From Escherichia coli (GTDB lineage: Bacteria; Pseudomonadota; Gammaproteobacteria; Enterobacterales; Enterobacteriaceae): a stretch of DNA of 64,000 bases. Under the pieces are notes generated by a model. The model was not told the origin of the DNA and ran no database searches. It was given only the letters and a program-made list of their open reading frames with translations. Positions 1-10,918 of this stretch are shown piece after piece. Numbering within the stretch: the first letter of the stretch is position 1; each line of letters begins with the position of its first letter. The stretch lies in NCBI RefSeq assembly GCF_003334765.1, contig NZ_QOWT01000006.1. One strand, 5' to 3'. Both the position numbers and the translations under genes were made by a program.

Positions 1-890
1 TCTGCCATTTCCCGTTGCATCAGCGTCATTAATTCACCGTTGTTATCGGTGTAGATATGTGCTGGAAACAGCGTCGCACCAGCTTTATCACCACAAAAGC
101 TGACGTTCATAATCGACTGTTCGCGGATGTTGAGTGCAAATGACGTTTCCAGCCACAGAATGCCGCCGTTATGAAATTCAATGGTGCCAAACAGCGAATC
201 TTCGACGCTGTAAGTTGCCGGATCCCACTCACCAAATTGACCACAGCTCTTTTGCGTGCCGATCTTTTGAAAGCTATGCGCATTCACGCTTTTCACCGCC
301 GGAAAGCCCAGCACATACATCGCAGCATCCAGCATATGAATGCCGATGTCGATCAGCGGGCCACCACCCTGCAGTTCTTTATTGGTAAAGACACCCCAGC
401 CGGGAACGCCGCAGCGACGCAGGGCGCGGGCGGTGGTAACGTAAATCTCTCCCAAAACGCCGTTGGTCACCTGTTCACGCAGCTGTTGCGTATCGAGCGC
501 AAAACGATGGTGAAAGTCGTAGGCCAGCACCTTGCCCAGTTTGCGCGCGGTATCGCACATTTCCCGCGCCTGTTCTGGCGTCATGGCGGGCGGTTTTTCG
601 CACATCACATGGCAGCCCGCTTCCAGTGCCATCAGGGTATGTTCGTAATGAAAACGGTTAGGTGAGCAGACGCTAACCACATCAGGTTTCACCGCCAGCA
701 GCATGGCCTGCGGATCGTCCCACACGGATGCATTCCCGTATTTTTCTGCCAGCGCCTGCGCCTGGGAAAGGCGGCTGTCACAGACAGCCACCAGTTCCAG
801 ATCGTTGCGGGTGCAGTAGTACGAAGCATGAACCTTATCCGCCACCTGGCCTGCGCCTATTATCGCGACCCGCAGCGGAGAGCTTGTCAT
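1..890 (-). CDS. ycjS: Gfo/Idh/MocA-family NAD-dependent oxidoreductase, 5' part only (3' end lies beyond window start)
   Basis: Minus-strand ATG at 888-890 translates MTSSPLRVAIIGAGQVADKVH... (Rossmann GxGxxG); frame runs off position 1; sits upstream of ycjR as in the E. coli ycj cluster. Confidence 0.85.
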   Translation of the reverse strand, partial: MTSSPLRVAIIGAGQVADKVHASYYCTRNDLELVAVCDSRLSQAQALAEKYGNASVWDDPQAMLLAVKPDVVSVCSPNRFHYEHTLMALEAGCHVMCEKPPAMTPEQAREMCDTARKLGKVLAYDFHHRFALDTQQLREQVTNGVLGEIYVTTARALRRCGVPGWGVFTNKELQGGGPLIDIGIHMLDAAMYVLGFPAVKSVNAHSFQKIGTQKSCGQFGEWDPATYSVEDSLFGTIEFHNGGILWLETSFALNIREQSIMNVSFCGDKAGATLFPAHIYTDNNGELMTLMQREMA

Positions 891-911
891 TGCACTTTTC
901 ACAAAGACCTC

Positions 912-1700
912 TTAGCAGGTACGCAACCAGGCCAACGAATCACGGTACGCCTGGGCAGGATCTTCCGCCCGGATACGCCCTTCGTACACTACATAGCCCT
1001 GATAGTTATCCGCGCGCAGCTGTTCAAACAGCGCGTGGAAATCCAGGGTGCCGCTGCCCGGCTGGTAGCGATGGTTATCCGCAATATGCACATGACCGAG
1101 CAGGTCGCGGTTGTCATGCAGCGCCTGCGCCAGGTTATCTTCTTCGATATTCATGTGATAGAAATCGCCGATAATCTGTACATGTTTAAGATCGTTTTCG
1201 ACGATGTAACGGCGGGCATCGGCGAGGGTGTTGATCATATGATCCTGATAGCGGTTTAACGGTTCGAGATACACCACGGTTCCGGTACGCGCGGCGACCT
1301 GTTCCAGTACGCGCAGGGAATCACTCACCATTTTGCGGTCGCCGTCCAGGCTACGCGGCGAGGTCATCGGCGGTAAGCGGAAGGTAAACATGCCCCACGC
1401 AGCCGGAACGACGATGCCTTTACCGCCCACTTCTGCCAGCGCTTCGAGAATGCGCTCGATCTGCTTTAAGCCATTAAGACGACGCTCTTCGATAAAGTCG
1501 CCAATCCATCCGTCATAGCCACCGCAGGCGGTGGTCACCGGTAAACCGGTTTCTTTGATCGCCGCTTTGACTTCTTCGATGTTGTTAACCAGCAGTTTGC
1601 CGTCAATCTCAAAACCATCGAAGCCCATCTCTTTGATATAACGAAATTTCTCCAGAATGTTTTCCGGAAAGAACGCCTGATTCTGTGTGCCGATTTTCAT
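912..1700 (-). CDS. ycjR: sugar phosphate isomerase/epimerase (xylose-isomerase-like TIM barrel)
   Basis: ORF track 912..1709; start set at internal ATG (MKIGTQNQAFF...) giving 262 aa as recalled for YcjR; alternative start 1709. Confidence 0.9.
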   Translation of the reverse strand: MKIGTQNQAFFPENILEKFRYIKEMGFDGFEIDGKLLVNNIEEVKAAIKETGLPVTTACGGYDGWIGDFIEERRLNGLKQIERILEALAEVGGKGIVVPAAWGMFTFRLPPMTSPRSLDGDRKMVSDSLRVLEQVAARTGTVVYLEPLNRYQDHMINTLADARRYIVENDLKHVQIIGDFYHMNIEEDNLAQALHDNRDLLGHVHIADNHRYQPGSGTLDFHALFEQLRADNYQGYVVYEGRIRAEDPAQAYRDSLAWLRTC

Positions 1701-1718
1701 TTTTTTCATTCCTTTGAA

Positions 1719-2771
1719 TTAAAACGTAACGCCCATTTTGATGCTCTGTTCCGGATGCTGGTCGACATACTGCATATAGCTTTCCGGGCTATTGGCAAAG
1801 GTCACCACCGGGTCGATTAAATCTTCGCAATTGAGATAACCGTTCATCAGCAGTTCCCAACAGGTTTCTTCAATACGCTTGCGGCTCCAGCGCGGATAAT
1901 CCGGGTTCGGTTCGCTGCACGCGCGAGAGAAGACAATTTTGGCGTTATTGAAATGCGCTTCGCGTCCGAGGTTAAAACCTTCGGCAAACGGCTTGGCAAA
2001 CGCGACATAGGAGATGGTGCCGCCATAAGCCAGACCGCGGAGCGCCGATTGCAGCGCGTCGGCGTAGCCGCTGGTTTCGATAATCACATCGGCACCCTGC
2101 TTGCCGGTCAGCGTTTTGATCTCTTTACCTACATCAGTGCCGATGGGGTTAAGGCAGAAATCCGCGCCGTGGCGACGGGCAATATCACAGCGATGGGCGA
2201 TAGGATCGACGCCAATCACCACAGAAGCGCCAGCGCGTTTAGCCAGTTGGATGGCAATTTGACCGATTGCGCCAAGCCCTACCACCACCACAAAATCCCC
2301 TACGCGCACGTTGGCATCGCGCACGCCGCTCATGGCAAACTGCGCCGGGTCGTAGCAGACGGCGTTTTTCCAGGAGCTGCCTTGCGGCATTTTGCGCAGC
2401 TTGTAGTTATTCACTGCGTTAATGATGACCGTCTCGGAGAGCGGGCCGTAGCCGCATACGCTGTCGCCCACCGCGTAGTCGGTAACGTCGCTGCCGCACT
2501 CGATAATGTCGCCAACCACCATGTTGCCAAGCTGGAATTTGCCAAACTCAATGCCGCGCGGCGCATCTGCCGGACGCGGAGTGAACATCTGCCATTCGCC
2601 GTTAAAGTCTTCATCAATAAACGGGCTGGCGGCGCGGAAGTCGACCACTTCCGTTCCGTGTTTCGGTGCGCCGAAACGCACGCGGATCTTCACTTCATTA
2701 GCTAAAATCGCCCGATCTTCATACTCAACCAGCGCAGCAACACGCGGTGCTGTGGCTACTAACTTTTTCAT
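1719..2771 (-). CDS. ycjQ: Zn-dependent medium-chain dehydrogenase
   Basis: 350-aa ORF MKKLVATAPRVAALVEYEDRAILANEVK...; recognised as YcjQ. Confidence 0.92.
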   Translation of the reverse strand: MKKLVATAPRVAALVEYEDRAILANEVKIRVRFGAPKHGTEVVDFRAASPFIDEDFNGEWQMFTPRPADAPRGIEFGKFQLGNMVVGDIIECGSDVTDYAVGDSVCGYGPLSETVIINAVNNYKLRKMPQGSSWKNAVCYDPAQFAMSGVRDANVRVGDFVVVVGLGAIGQIAIQLAKRAGASVVIGVDPIAHRCDIARRHGADFCLNPIGTDVGKEIKTLTGKQGADVIIETSGYADALQSALRGLAYGGTISYVAFAKPFAEGFNLGREAHFNNAKIVFSRACSEPNPDYPRWSRKRIEETCWELLMNGYLNCEDLIDPVVTFANSPESYMQYVDQHPEQSIKMGVTF

Positions 2772-2801
2772 TTAAAACTCCTTGTAAAGAAACTGGCCGC
2801 T

Positions 2802-3644
2802 TTAGCCCTTCACGCCACCGGCGGTCAAACCACTCTTAATAAAACGTTCCGAAAGCGCATACATAATCACCACCGGCAATGCGGTCACCAGTGAGGCCGC
2901 CATCATCCGTCCCCAGATGTAATCTGGCGTACTGAACAGCGCGTTCAGGCCCACCGGTAAGGTGAAATTGCTGGCGCTGGAGAGGAAAATCGACGCAAAC
3001 AGATAGTCGTTCCACGCCACCATAAAGCAGTAGACGAACACGGATATCAGCCCGGACATCGCCAACGGCACGGTGATGCGGAAGATAATTTGCAGACGGT
3101 TGAGGCCATCCATCATCGCCGCTTCTTCGATCTCATCGGGGATGGTGTCGAAGTAGCTTTTCAGCATAAACACGGCGGTGGGCAGAGTTTGCGTCACCAT
3201 GGTGATGATCAGCGCCATCTCAGTGTCGTAAATGCCAAGCGCGGTGATGATTTTGAAAAGCGGCACCACCAGCAAAATGCCAGAGAACATATACACCGTG
3301 TAAAAGCTGGCGTTGATGGTCATCCGACCTTTAAAGCGCAGGCGGGAAAGCGCGTAAGCCCCAAGAATGCCGAGGAATACCGCCACCACGGATGAAACCA
3401 CAGACACCACCAGACTGTTACGGAAGTAGTCGACAAACGGGAAAATCATCGGGTTAAAAATGTCGACGTAATGCTCCAGCGTCCACTGCTGCGGCAGCAG
3501 CGTAGGATGCAGTGAGATCGCCTCTTTCGCGCCCTTGAACGAGGTCATCAGCATCACAAAAAATGGAAACAGCGTGATGATGAGAAACAGCGCCAGCTCG
3601 CAGTAAAAACCGATGCGACTGAGTGTGCGTTTATTTGTTGCCAT
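2802..3644 (-). CDS. ycjP: ABC sugar transporter permease (MalG-like)
   Basis: 280-aa hydrophobic ORF; 14-bp overlap with ycjO stop. Confidence 0.92.
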   Translation of the reverse strand: MATNKRTLSRIGFYCELALFLIITLFPFFVMLMTSFKGAKEAISLHPTLLPQQWTLEHYVDIFNPMIFPFVDYFRNSLVVSVVSSVVAVFLGILGAYALSRLRFKGRMTINASFYTVYMFSGILLVVPLFKIITALGIYDTEMALIITMVTQTLPTAVFMLKSYFDTIPDEIEEAAMMDGLNRLQIIFRITVPLAMSGLISVFVYCFMVAWNDYLFASIFLSSASNFTLPVGLNALFSTPDYIWGRMMAASLVTALPVVIMYALSERFIKSGLTAGGVKG

Positions 3645-4512
3645 TGAGGTTCACCCGTTTCCTGGTCAGCAGAATGACAGCGAAAATAATGATGAAGAGC
3701 ACCACCGAGATCGCCGCCGCTTTTCCTAAATCATTAAAGGCAAAGGCGGTTTTGTAGAGATATACACCGAGAATATCGACCTTGGTCGTCAGCAAATAAA
3801 CATCCGCGAACATGTAGAACATCCAGATGGTGCGCAGTGTCACCACCGTCGCCAGGACCGGCATAATTGCGGGCAGCGTGACGATACGAAACCGTTGCCA
3901 GGCATTAGCGCCATCCATCTCTGCCGCTTCGTACAGCGATTTGTCGATGGTCTGCAAAATCGCCAGAAACGAGATAAAGGCATACGGGAAGTAGCGCCAG
4001 ATGGCGAACAGCACCACCAGCACAAAGCTACTGCCCGGATTATCGAACCACAGCGGTGCCTGCTCATAGAGATGCAGAAGATCGACGCCGAGGTAGTTAA
4101 CAATGCCGTAGCCGTTGTTGAACATGTATTTCCAGGCGAACACCAGCGAAATGGACGGCGTTACGTAGGAGAGGATCACCAGCGAACGCGCGGTTTTGCG
4201 CAGGCGGAACTCGCGGTTGAAAAACATCGCCACCGCCAGCCCGAGCACGGTGCTGCCCGCCACCACCAGCGCGGTATACCAGACCGTCATCCACAGCGAA
4301 TGCCAGAAGCCGGGATCGGAGAGGATACGCACATAGTTGCTCACCCCAACAAACGTTGACTCGATGTTGGGATTGAGCGGCAGACGTAAAAAACTGATTT
4401 CGATATTCGACACCATCGGCCACGCCACCAGACCGCCCAGCAGTAATAAGCTGGGCGCGAGAAGCAGCAGCGCAAAGGGCATATCGGAACGACCTGAAAA
4501 AAGCCTGTTCAT
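3631..4512 (-). CDS. ycjO: ABC sugar transporter permease (MalF-like)
   Basis: 293-aa hydrophobic ORF. Confidence 0.92.
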   Translation of the reverse strand: MNRLFSGRSDMPFALLLLAPSLLLLGGLVAWPMVSNIEISFLRLPLNPNIESTFVGVSNYVRILSDPGFWHSLWMTVWYTALVVAGSTVLGLAVAMFFNREFRLRKTARSLVILSYVTPSISLVFAWKYMFNNGYGIVNYLGVDLLHLYEQAPLWFDNPGSSFVLVVLFAIWRYFPYAFISFLAILQTIDKSLYEAAEMDGANAWQRFRIVTLPAIMPVLATVVTLRTIWMFYMFADVYLLTTKVDILGVYLYKTAFAFNDLGKAAAISVVLFIIIFAVILLTRKRVNLNGNK

Positions 4513-4532
4513 TGCGGATTCCTGTCCTGGGT

Positions 4533-5825
4533 TTAGTGCTGTTCGATCAGTTCATCCAGTTTTTTCTGGCTCGCTTGCAGCGTAGTAGAGAGATCGGCTT
4601 TACCCACGGTGACGTTATGCACCATTGAACTCACCACGCCAGAACCCGTCACATCACCCATGCGGGTAAAGTTTTTATCCCCTACTGCGCCAAAAACCTG
4701 AATATTTGGCAGTTCACCGATTAGCTGATTCGGTAGTTCACCCAGCGCCTTAATAACGTCGTTGTCTTTCCAGGTGGCGGTAGTCACCACCGCTTTATTC
4801 ACCGGCAGCGCAGCACCTGGCGACATCATCACCCAGTCGGCAATGTTGTCTGCCTGCTCCATAAAGGTGACAAATTTTTCTGCTGCTTCCGTCTCTTCGG
4901 TCTTTTGCCCGGCGGTAATGGTCAGCGAGGTCAACATGCCGTAGACCGCAGAGTTTTTCTCGGTTGGCACCACGAAACCGACGTTTTTCGGGTCGCCTTC
5001 TTTAATCACAGCCGGAAGGATATAGGTGGAGTAAATCGCCATCGGCGCGGTGCCGTTCATAAAGGCGTCTTTCACTTCCATGATGTCGTTAGAACCCGGC
5101 ATAGTGTTGGCAGCAAGGTCGCGGTAATAGGTCAGTGCCTGCATCATCTCTGGTGTATCAAGGGTGATTTTGCCTTCGGCGTTAAAGACGTTAGCCTGGT
5201 TGGATAACGCAAACTGGGAGAAGGATTGTTCCGTCAACACGCTTTCTGCTGTAGGCAGCGCAATGCCGTATTTTTTATTCGCCGGGTCATTCAGTTTCTG
5301 TGCAACGTCCAGCAGCTGTTGCCAGTTTTTCGGCTCCTCAAGCCCCGCTTTTGCCAGCACATCTTTGCGATACCAGATACCGCCAATCCAGGCGCTGACA
5401 GGAACACCGGTCCATGCGCTACCATCTTCGGTACGCACAATACGCAGTACGCCATCGTAAAACGCGCCTTCACCAACGTTGCTGATGACTGTGGCAACCG
5501 CTTTGCGATCGATAAGCTGCTCTTTGTCCATCACTTTGGCGTAGTCATGGCTGGTTTCGATCACTTCCGGCAGCGAACCGCTACGTGAAAGAGTAATGAC
5601 TTTAGTGTTATAGGCATCTTCTTCCACGGGCACTTGCTTAACGGTGATGCCAGGGTTTTCTTTTTCAAAACGGGCAATCAATTTACTGATAACGGCCTGG
5701 CGCTCCTGCTCCACCGAAGAATGCATAAATTCGATGGATACATTCGTTTTATTTTCTTCTTTACAGCCTGAAATCAGGGCGCATGAAACCAGTGCTGATA
5801 ACAGCACGATTTTTGATTTAATCAT
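4533..5825 (-). CDS. ycjN: periplasmic sugar-binding lipoprotein of ABC transporter
   Basis: 430-aa ORF with lipoprotein-type signal (LSALVSCALISGC). Confidence 0.92.
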   Translation of the reverse strand: MIKSKIVLLSALVSCALISGCKEENKTNVSIEFMHSSVEQERQAVISKLIARFEKENPGITVKQVPVEEDAYNTKVITLSRSGSLPEVIETSHDYAKVMDKEQLIDRKAVATVISNVGEGAFYDGVLRIVRTEDGSAWTGVPVSAWIGGIWYRKDVLAKAGLEEPKNWQQLLDVAQKLNDPANKKYGIALPTAESVLTEQSFSQFALSNQANVFNAEGKITLDTPEMMQALTYYRDLAANTMPGSNDIMEVKDAFMNGTAPMAIYSTYILPAVIKEGDPKNVGFVVPTEKNSAVYGMLTSLTITAGQKTEETEAAEKFVTFMEQADNIADWVMMSPGAALPVNKAVVTTATWKDNDVIKALGELPNQLIGELPNIQVFGAVGDKNFTRMGDVTGSGVVSSMVHNVTVGKADLSTTLQASQKKLDELIEQH

Positions 5826-5838
5826 GAGATGTTCCTTT

Positions 5839-7518
5839 TTATTTAATCCACATAACCTGCCAGGGGCGCAGCGTTATTTCATTACCCAATATATCAACTT
5901 CACTAATCAGATCCCGACCATGCAGATTAGTAATATTTACATGCTGAATATTTTTACTGACATTAAACAATCCAGTCAGACAATTACCATCAGCGTTACT
6001 TCTTTGAATACGCATTACGGATGAATTAATCGTATCAATGGTAAAATTATTATCCGGATGAAACTCGTTATGGCTGCGACGAAGTGTAATTAAACGCGAC
6101 AACTCATGATATACCGCATGCCTTAATGTAGCTTCATCGTTCAGTTCTCGGGTTATCTCTTTACTGTGATATTTTTTACGGTTAATCGCACGGTTATATC
6201 CGATTTTTTCGACACCTGCGTAATCATTACGCGAGCCAAGAATACTTTGAATATATATCGCTGGCACACCGGGGAAACTTAACAAAATCGCATGGGCAAG
6301 GATAAACCTGGCGCAACGTTCTTCATCGCTACTCTCACGGCGGCTTAACGCATCCATATAGGTCACATTTATTTCATACGGACTGCGTGTACCGTCGGGA
6401 TTATTTTTCCAGTTTACTAATGCACCTTCCTGCTGTAACGCCTCGACCAGCTCTAATATTTCGCTTTCAGGCAACAAGCCCCGTAGCGGGTTTAGCCCGA
6501 TGCCATCGTGAGAGGCGAGGAAGTTAAACCAGGTGGTGTTGCTGGAAGGTAGTGTCAGGTTTTGCGCCCACGCACAAAGCGCCTCAACGTTCTGTTTTTG
6601 CACCGCATGCAGCACCAGTGGCGGCAGCGAGAACTGGTACACCATATGTGCTTCGTCATCGCCTGCGCCAAAGTAAGCAATGTTGTCTTTATGCGGAACA
6701 TTGGTCTCGGTAATGATCACTGTACCTGGCGCAACGTTATCAATAATCGACCGTAACAGTTTGATAATCAGATGTGTTTTTTCCAGATGGATGCAGCTTG
6801 TTCCCGGCTCTTTCCACATAAAGCCAACGGCATCCAGGCGGACATACTCAGCACCTTTCGCAAGGTAACAGAGTAAAACATCCACCATCGCCAGCAACAC
6901 TTCAGGGCTACGGTAATTCAGGTCAATTTGATCGTCACTAAAGGTGGTCCATAAATGGCGCGTTGAATGATCGCGCATCTGGAATGGCGTTAATAACGGT
7001 AACGCACGCGGGCGAGTGACGGCGCTGAGATCGGTTTGCGGGTCAACGGCAATAAAAAAATCTTCAAAACCTGGATGCTGTTGTAAATAGTTTTTAAACC
7101 ATTCACTTTTTGCCGACATATGGTTGCAGACAAAATCAAACATTAAATGACTGCATTCACCGAGTTGCTGAATATCCTGCCACTCCCCCGCTTCACTGGC
7201 GACCTGATGATAATCAATTACCGAAAAGCCATCATCAGATGACCATGGATAAAACGGCAACAAATGAACATGTGAAAAAATGCTTTGCAGCCATTGATGG
7301 TAAAACTGATTAAATGTGGGTAATGGTTTTAAATCATTGCTGTGAAATTGATCGGCATAGGTAATTAACACGACATCACTTTCATCCCAGTGTTTTTTAC
7401 GTCGCTGTGTAATTAATCGTTTCGCACTCTCAAGACGCGTTACAAGTTTCTGTAAATGAGTTGCGGTAAATGTTCCACCGTAGATTTCGTCCAGGTAATC
7501 CGTAATTTTCTGTTTCAT
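5839..7518 (-). CDS. ycjM: GH13 sucrose-phosphorylase-like glucosylglycerate phosphorylase
   Basis: ORF track 5839..7545; start set at internal ATG (MKQKITDYLDEIYGG) giving 559 aa as recalled for YcjM. Confidence 0.9.
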   Translation of the reverse strand: MKQKITDYLDEIYGGTFTATHLQKLVTRLESAKRLITQRRKKHWDESDVVLITYADQFHSNDLKPLPTFNQFYHQWLQSIFSHVHLLPFYPWSSDDGFSVIDYHQVASEAGEWQDIQQLGECSHLMFDFVCNHMSAKSEWFKNYLQQHPGFEDFFIAVDPQTDLSAVTRPRALPLLTPFQMRDHSTRHLWTTFSDDQIDLNYRSPEVLLAMVDVLLCYLAKGAEYVRLDAVGFMWKEPGTSCIHLEKTHLIIKLLRSIIDNVAPGTVIITETNVPHKDNIAYFGAGDDEAHMVYQFSLPPLVLHAVQKQNVEALCAWAQNLTLPSSNTTWFNFLASHDGIGLNPLRGLLPESEILELVEALQQEGALVNWKNNPDGTRSPYEINVTYMDALSRRESSDEERCARFILAHAILLSFPGVPAIYIQSILGSRNDYAGVEKIGYNRAINRKKYHSKEITRELNDEATLRHAVYHELSRLITLRRSHNEFHPDNNFTIDTINSSVMRIQRSNADGNCLTGLFNVSKNIQHVNITNLHGRDLISEVDILGNEITLRPWQVMWIK

Positions 7519-7688
7519 GTTGCCTTTCCGTGGTAGCGGTCCCATGAAACGAGAGACTACTCCGCAGAAAATAAACTGTCAATTGAGCACAAGGGTTTTA
7601 GTCACGCAGGAAATCATTTTTTACCAGGGAAAAAGCGTATTTGTGAGCTGACGCAAATAATCTATGGGGATGTAAATAAGGTGTGACA

Positions 7689-7716
7689 GAAAAAAAAACG
7701 GCGCATAAGCGCCGCT
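7689..7716 (-). terminator. rho-independent terminator downstream of pspE
   Basis: Hairpin cggcgc-ataa-gcgccg with a 9-nt A run on the plus strand (U run on minus-strand transcript). Confidence 0.6.
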
Positions 7717-7730
7717 CATGGTGAATTCTT

Positions 7731-8045
7731 TTAACCTTTGACCTTCGGCATTGCGATGTCTTTCAGGCCACCGGCGTTCTCAACGTGGGTATATCCCATC
7801 TCGCTAAGGATCTCTTTTGCTTGCCCTGACTGGCGTCCGGCATTGCAATACACTTTCACGGTGTCGTTTTTATCCGGAACGGCGGTGGCAATGCGCTCTT
7901 TCACTTCCTTCAGGGGAATATTGATGGCCCCCTGAACGTGCTCTTGCTGATACTGCTCTGGAACACGAACATCGATCCAGTGTTCAGCGGCGAAAACGGG
8001 CAGTGAAAACACCAGTGCCAGAGCAAGTAAGCCTTTTTTAAACAT
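7731..8045 (-). CDS. pspE: periplasmic rhodanese (thiosulfate sulfurtransferase)
   Basis: 104-aa ORF with signal peptide and rhodanese active-site region (VYCNAGRQSGQ). Confidence 0.93.
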   Translation of the reverse strand: MFKKGLLALALVFSLPVFAAEHWIDVRVPEQYQQEHVQGAINIPLKEVKERIATAVPDKNDTVKVYCNAGRQSGQAKEILSEMGYTHVENAGGLKDIAMPKVKG

Positions 8046-8119
8046 GTAAGCGTCCTTCTATGGATGAAAATTGCCATCCATTATACGCCTGAGATTTAAC
8101 AATTTTTGCGAAACTCCCC

Positions 8120-8341
8120 TCACCTTTTATAACGCTGTGCCAGTTTATTAGCAGCCCGACTTAACAGCGGTTCCAGCGCCACAGCCAGCAACATTTTCAG
8201 CGGTCGGCGAGCAACTGATTTTATCGCCCAGCCCGCCACACCCGCCGGGCCATAGCGCAGTGCGGTAAGAAGTACCAGCTTGCCTGCTAATTTGAAACCA
8301 GGCTTTACCTTTTGCCCGGCCTGTTGCCAGCGAGTATTCAT
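8120..8341 (-). CDS. pspD: phage shock protein D
   Basis: ORF track 8120..8353; internal ATG start [17 protein letters not shown]... (73 aa). Confidence 0.9.
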
Positions 8342-8349
8342 AACTTTCC

Positions 8350-8709
8350 TCACAGTTGACGGAAACGGCTACGTAACGTGAAAGTATCGGAAGTGACATA
8401 ACGTTCCATCTCGCGTAAACGCGTTTCACTTGCCGCCAGTTCACGGTCGACTTCATCCAGCAATTCGCTGCTGGAAGGTAGCTGCTCACCAAAGGCCATG
8501 TTGTCCGGCATTGGATCAAGCGCAAATGACAAAATGATGTAAGCAACCAGGGTAAACAGCGCCAGACCGAAGAAAATCGACAGCACCACCAGGATACGCA
8601 CCAGTTTTACCGGTACATCAAAATAGTTGGCAATCCCGGCGCAGACGCCGCGGACCATGCCCTGCTGTGGAATACGCCATAATTTTTTATTGAGATTAAT
8701 GCCCGCCAT
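8350..8709 (-). CDS. pspC: phage shock protein C
   Basis: 119-aa [33 protein letters not shown]... Confidence 0.93.
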
Positions 8710-8933
8710 TAGCGATCCCTCCAGTTCGGATGTTCTGCATCAAGAATAGATTCCAGCGCCTGAATACGTTCGCGCATCCGTTTTGCTTCATCAGCCAGTT
8801 GCGCTAATCGCTGCTGCTCACTTTGCGACAATTCACTGCGACCAGAACGATTGCTGTAATGCAGCCATAACCAGATCGGTAAAACAAACAGCACAAAAAT
8901 GGTTAACGGAATAGCCAGAAATAGCGCGCTCAT
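8709..8933 (-). CDS. pspB: phage shock protein B
   Basis: 74-aa ORF MSALFLAIPLTIFVLFVLPIWLWLHY...; 1-nt overlap with pspC start. Confidence 0.93.
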   Translation of the reverse strand: MSALFLAIPLTIFVLFVLPIWLWLHYSNRSGRSELSQSEQQRLAQLADEAKRMRERIQALESILDAEHPNWRDR

Positions 8934-8986
8934 AAGTACTCCTTAGACGATGAGCGGCGGCGCGTTCGGACGCCGCCTGGATGTTA

Positions 8987-9727
<741 letters not shown>

Positions 9728-9821
9728 TTATCTTTTTGATTTATAAAGATCTGATTGAAGAATCAACAGCAACATGCCAGGATGAGTTAGCGAATTACAC
9801 TAACAAGTGGCGAATTTCATC

Positions 9822-10799
9822 ATGGCAGAATACAAAGATAATTTACTTGGTGAGGCGAACAGCTTTCTCGAAGTGCTGGAACAGGTTTCGCATCTCGCAC
9901 CGCTGGACAAACCGGTGCTCATCATCGGCGAACGCGGCACCGGTAAAGAGCTGATTGCCAGCCGCCTGCATTATCTCTCCTCCCGTTGGCAAGGGCCGTT
10001 TATTTCCCTTAACTGCGCGGCGTTAAATGAAAATCTGCTGGATTCCGAACTGTTTGGTCACGAAGCGGGGGCGTTTACCGGTGCGCAAAAACGTCATCCA
10101 GGGAGATTTGAACGTGCCGACGGCGGTACGCTATTTCTTGATGAACTCGCTACGGCACCGATGATGGTGCAGGAGAAATTATTGCGCGTGATTGAGTACG
10201 GTGAACTGGAGCGCGTTGGCGGCAGCCAGCCATTGCAGGTGAATGTGCGGTTGGTATGCGCGACGAATGCCGATCTCCCGGCGATGGTCAATGAAGGCAC
10301 TTTTCGCGCTGACCTGCTCGACCGACTGGCTTTTGATGTTGTACAACTGCCACCACTGCGCGAGCGCGAAAGCGACATAATGTTGATGGCAGAATACTTT
10401 GCCATCCAGATGTGTCGGGAAATCAAGCTGCCTCTGTTCCCGGGGTTTACGGAGCGCGCCAGAGAAACATTGCTGAATTATCGTTGGCCGGGAAATATTC
10501 GTGAATTGAAAAACGTGGTGGAACGTTCAGTGTATCGCCACGGCACCAGCGATTATCCGCTTGATGACATCATTATTGATCCCTTTAAACGGCGTCCGCC
10601 TGAAGACGCTATCGCCGTTTCAGAAACCACCTCGCTTCCAACACTGCCGCTGGATTTACGTGAGTTTCAGATGCAGCAGGAAAAAGAGTTGCTGCAACTC
10701 AGTTTGCAACAAGGGAAATATAACCAGAAGCGCGCGGCTGAATTACTGGGGTTAACTTATCATCAGTTCCGCGCGTTGTTGAAAAAGCACCAGATTTAG
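9822..10799 (+). CDS. pspF: sigma-54-dependent transcriptional activator of the psp operon
   Basis: ORF track 9807..10799; internal ATG start MAEYKDNLLGEANSFLEVL...; AAA+ sigma-54 activator motifs (GERGTGKE, GAFTGA). Confidence 0.93.
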   Translation: MAEYKDNLLGEANSFLEVLEQVSHLAPLDKPVLIIGERGTGKELIASRLHYLSSRWQGPFISLNCAALNENLLDSELFGHEAGAFTGAQKRHPGRFERADGGTLFLDELATAPMMVQEKLLRVIEYGELERVGGSQPLQVNVRLVCATNADLPAMVNEGTFRADLLDRLAFDVVQLPPLRERESDIMLMAEYFAIQMCREIKLPLFPGFTERARETLLNYRWPGNIRELKNVVERSVYRHGTSDYPLDDIIIDPFKRRPPEDAIAVSETTSLPTLPLDLREFQMQQEKELLQLSLQQGKYNQKRAAELLGLTYHQFRALLKKHQI

Positions 10800-10820
10800 C
10801 GAAGTTGAGCAATACAACTT

Positions 10821-10900
10821 GCCGGATGCGGCGTGAATGCTTTATTCGGCATACATAATCAATACGTCGTTTGCAGGCCTGATAAGCGCAGCGCATCAGA
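10821..10900. repeat. REP/BIME palindromic element between convergent pspF and puuE
   Basis: gccggatgcggcgtgaatgctttattcggcatac plus a second inverted unit aggcctgataagcgcagcgcatcag, both matching the E. coli REP consensus. Confidence 0.7.
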
Positions 10901-10918
10901 CATTATTGCCTTGGGCTA

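Noticed and set aside
1953-2705. 250-aa plus-strand ORF, with similar long antisense ORFs at 11684..12214, 26746..27432, 30270..30647, 54862..55218 and 13637..14107
   Set aside because: Each lies entirely antisense within a well-recognised gene (ycjQ, puuE, fabI, rnb, trpE, puuC). Their Arg/Ala/Gly-rich, low-complexity translations are typical shadow ORFs of GC-rich coding DNA.
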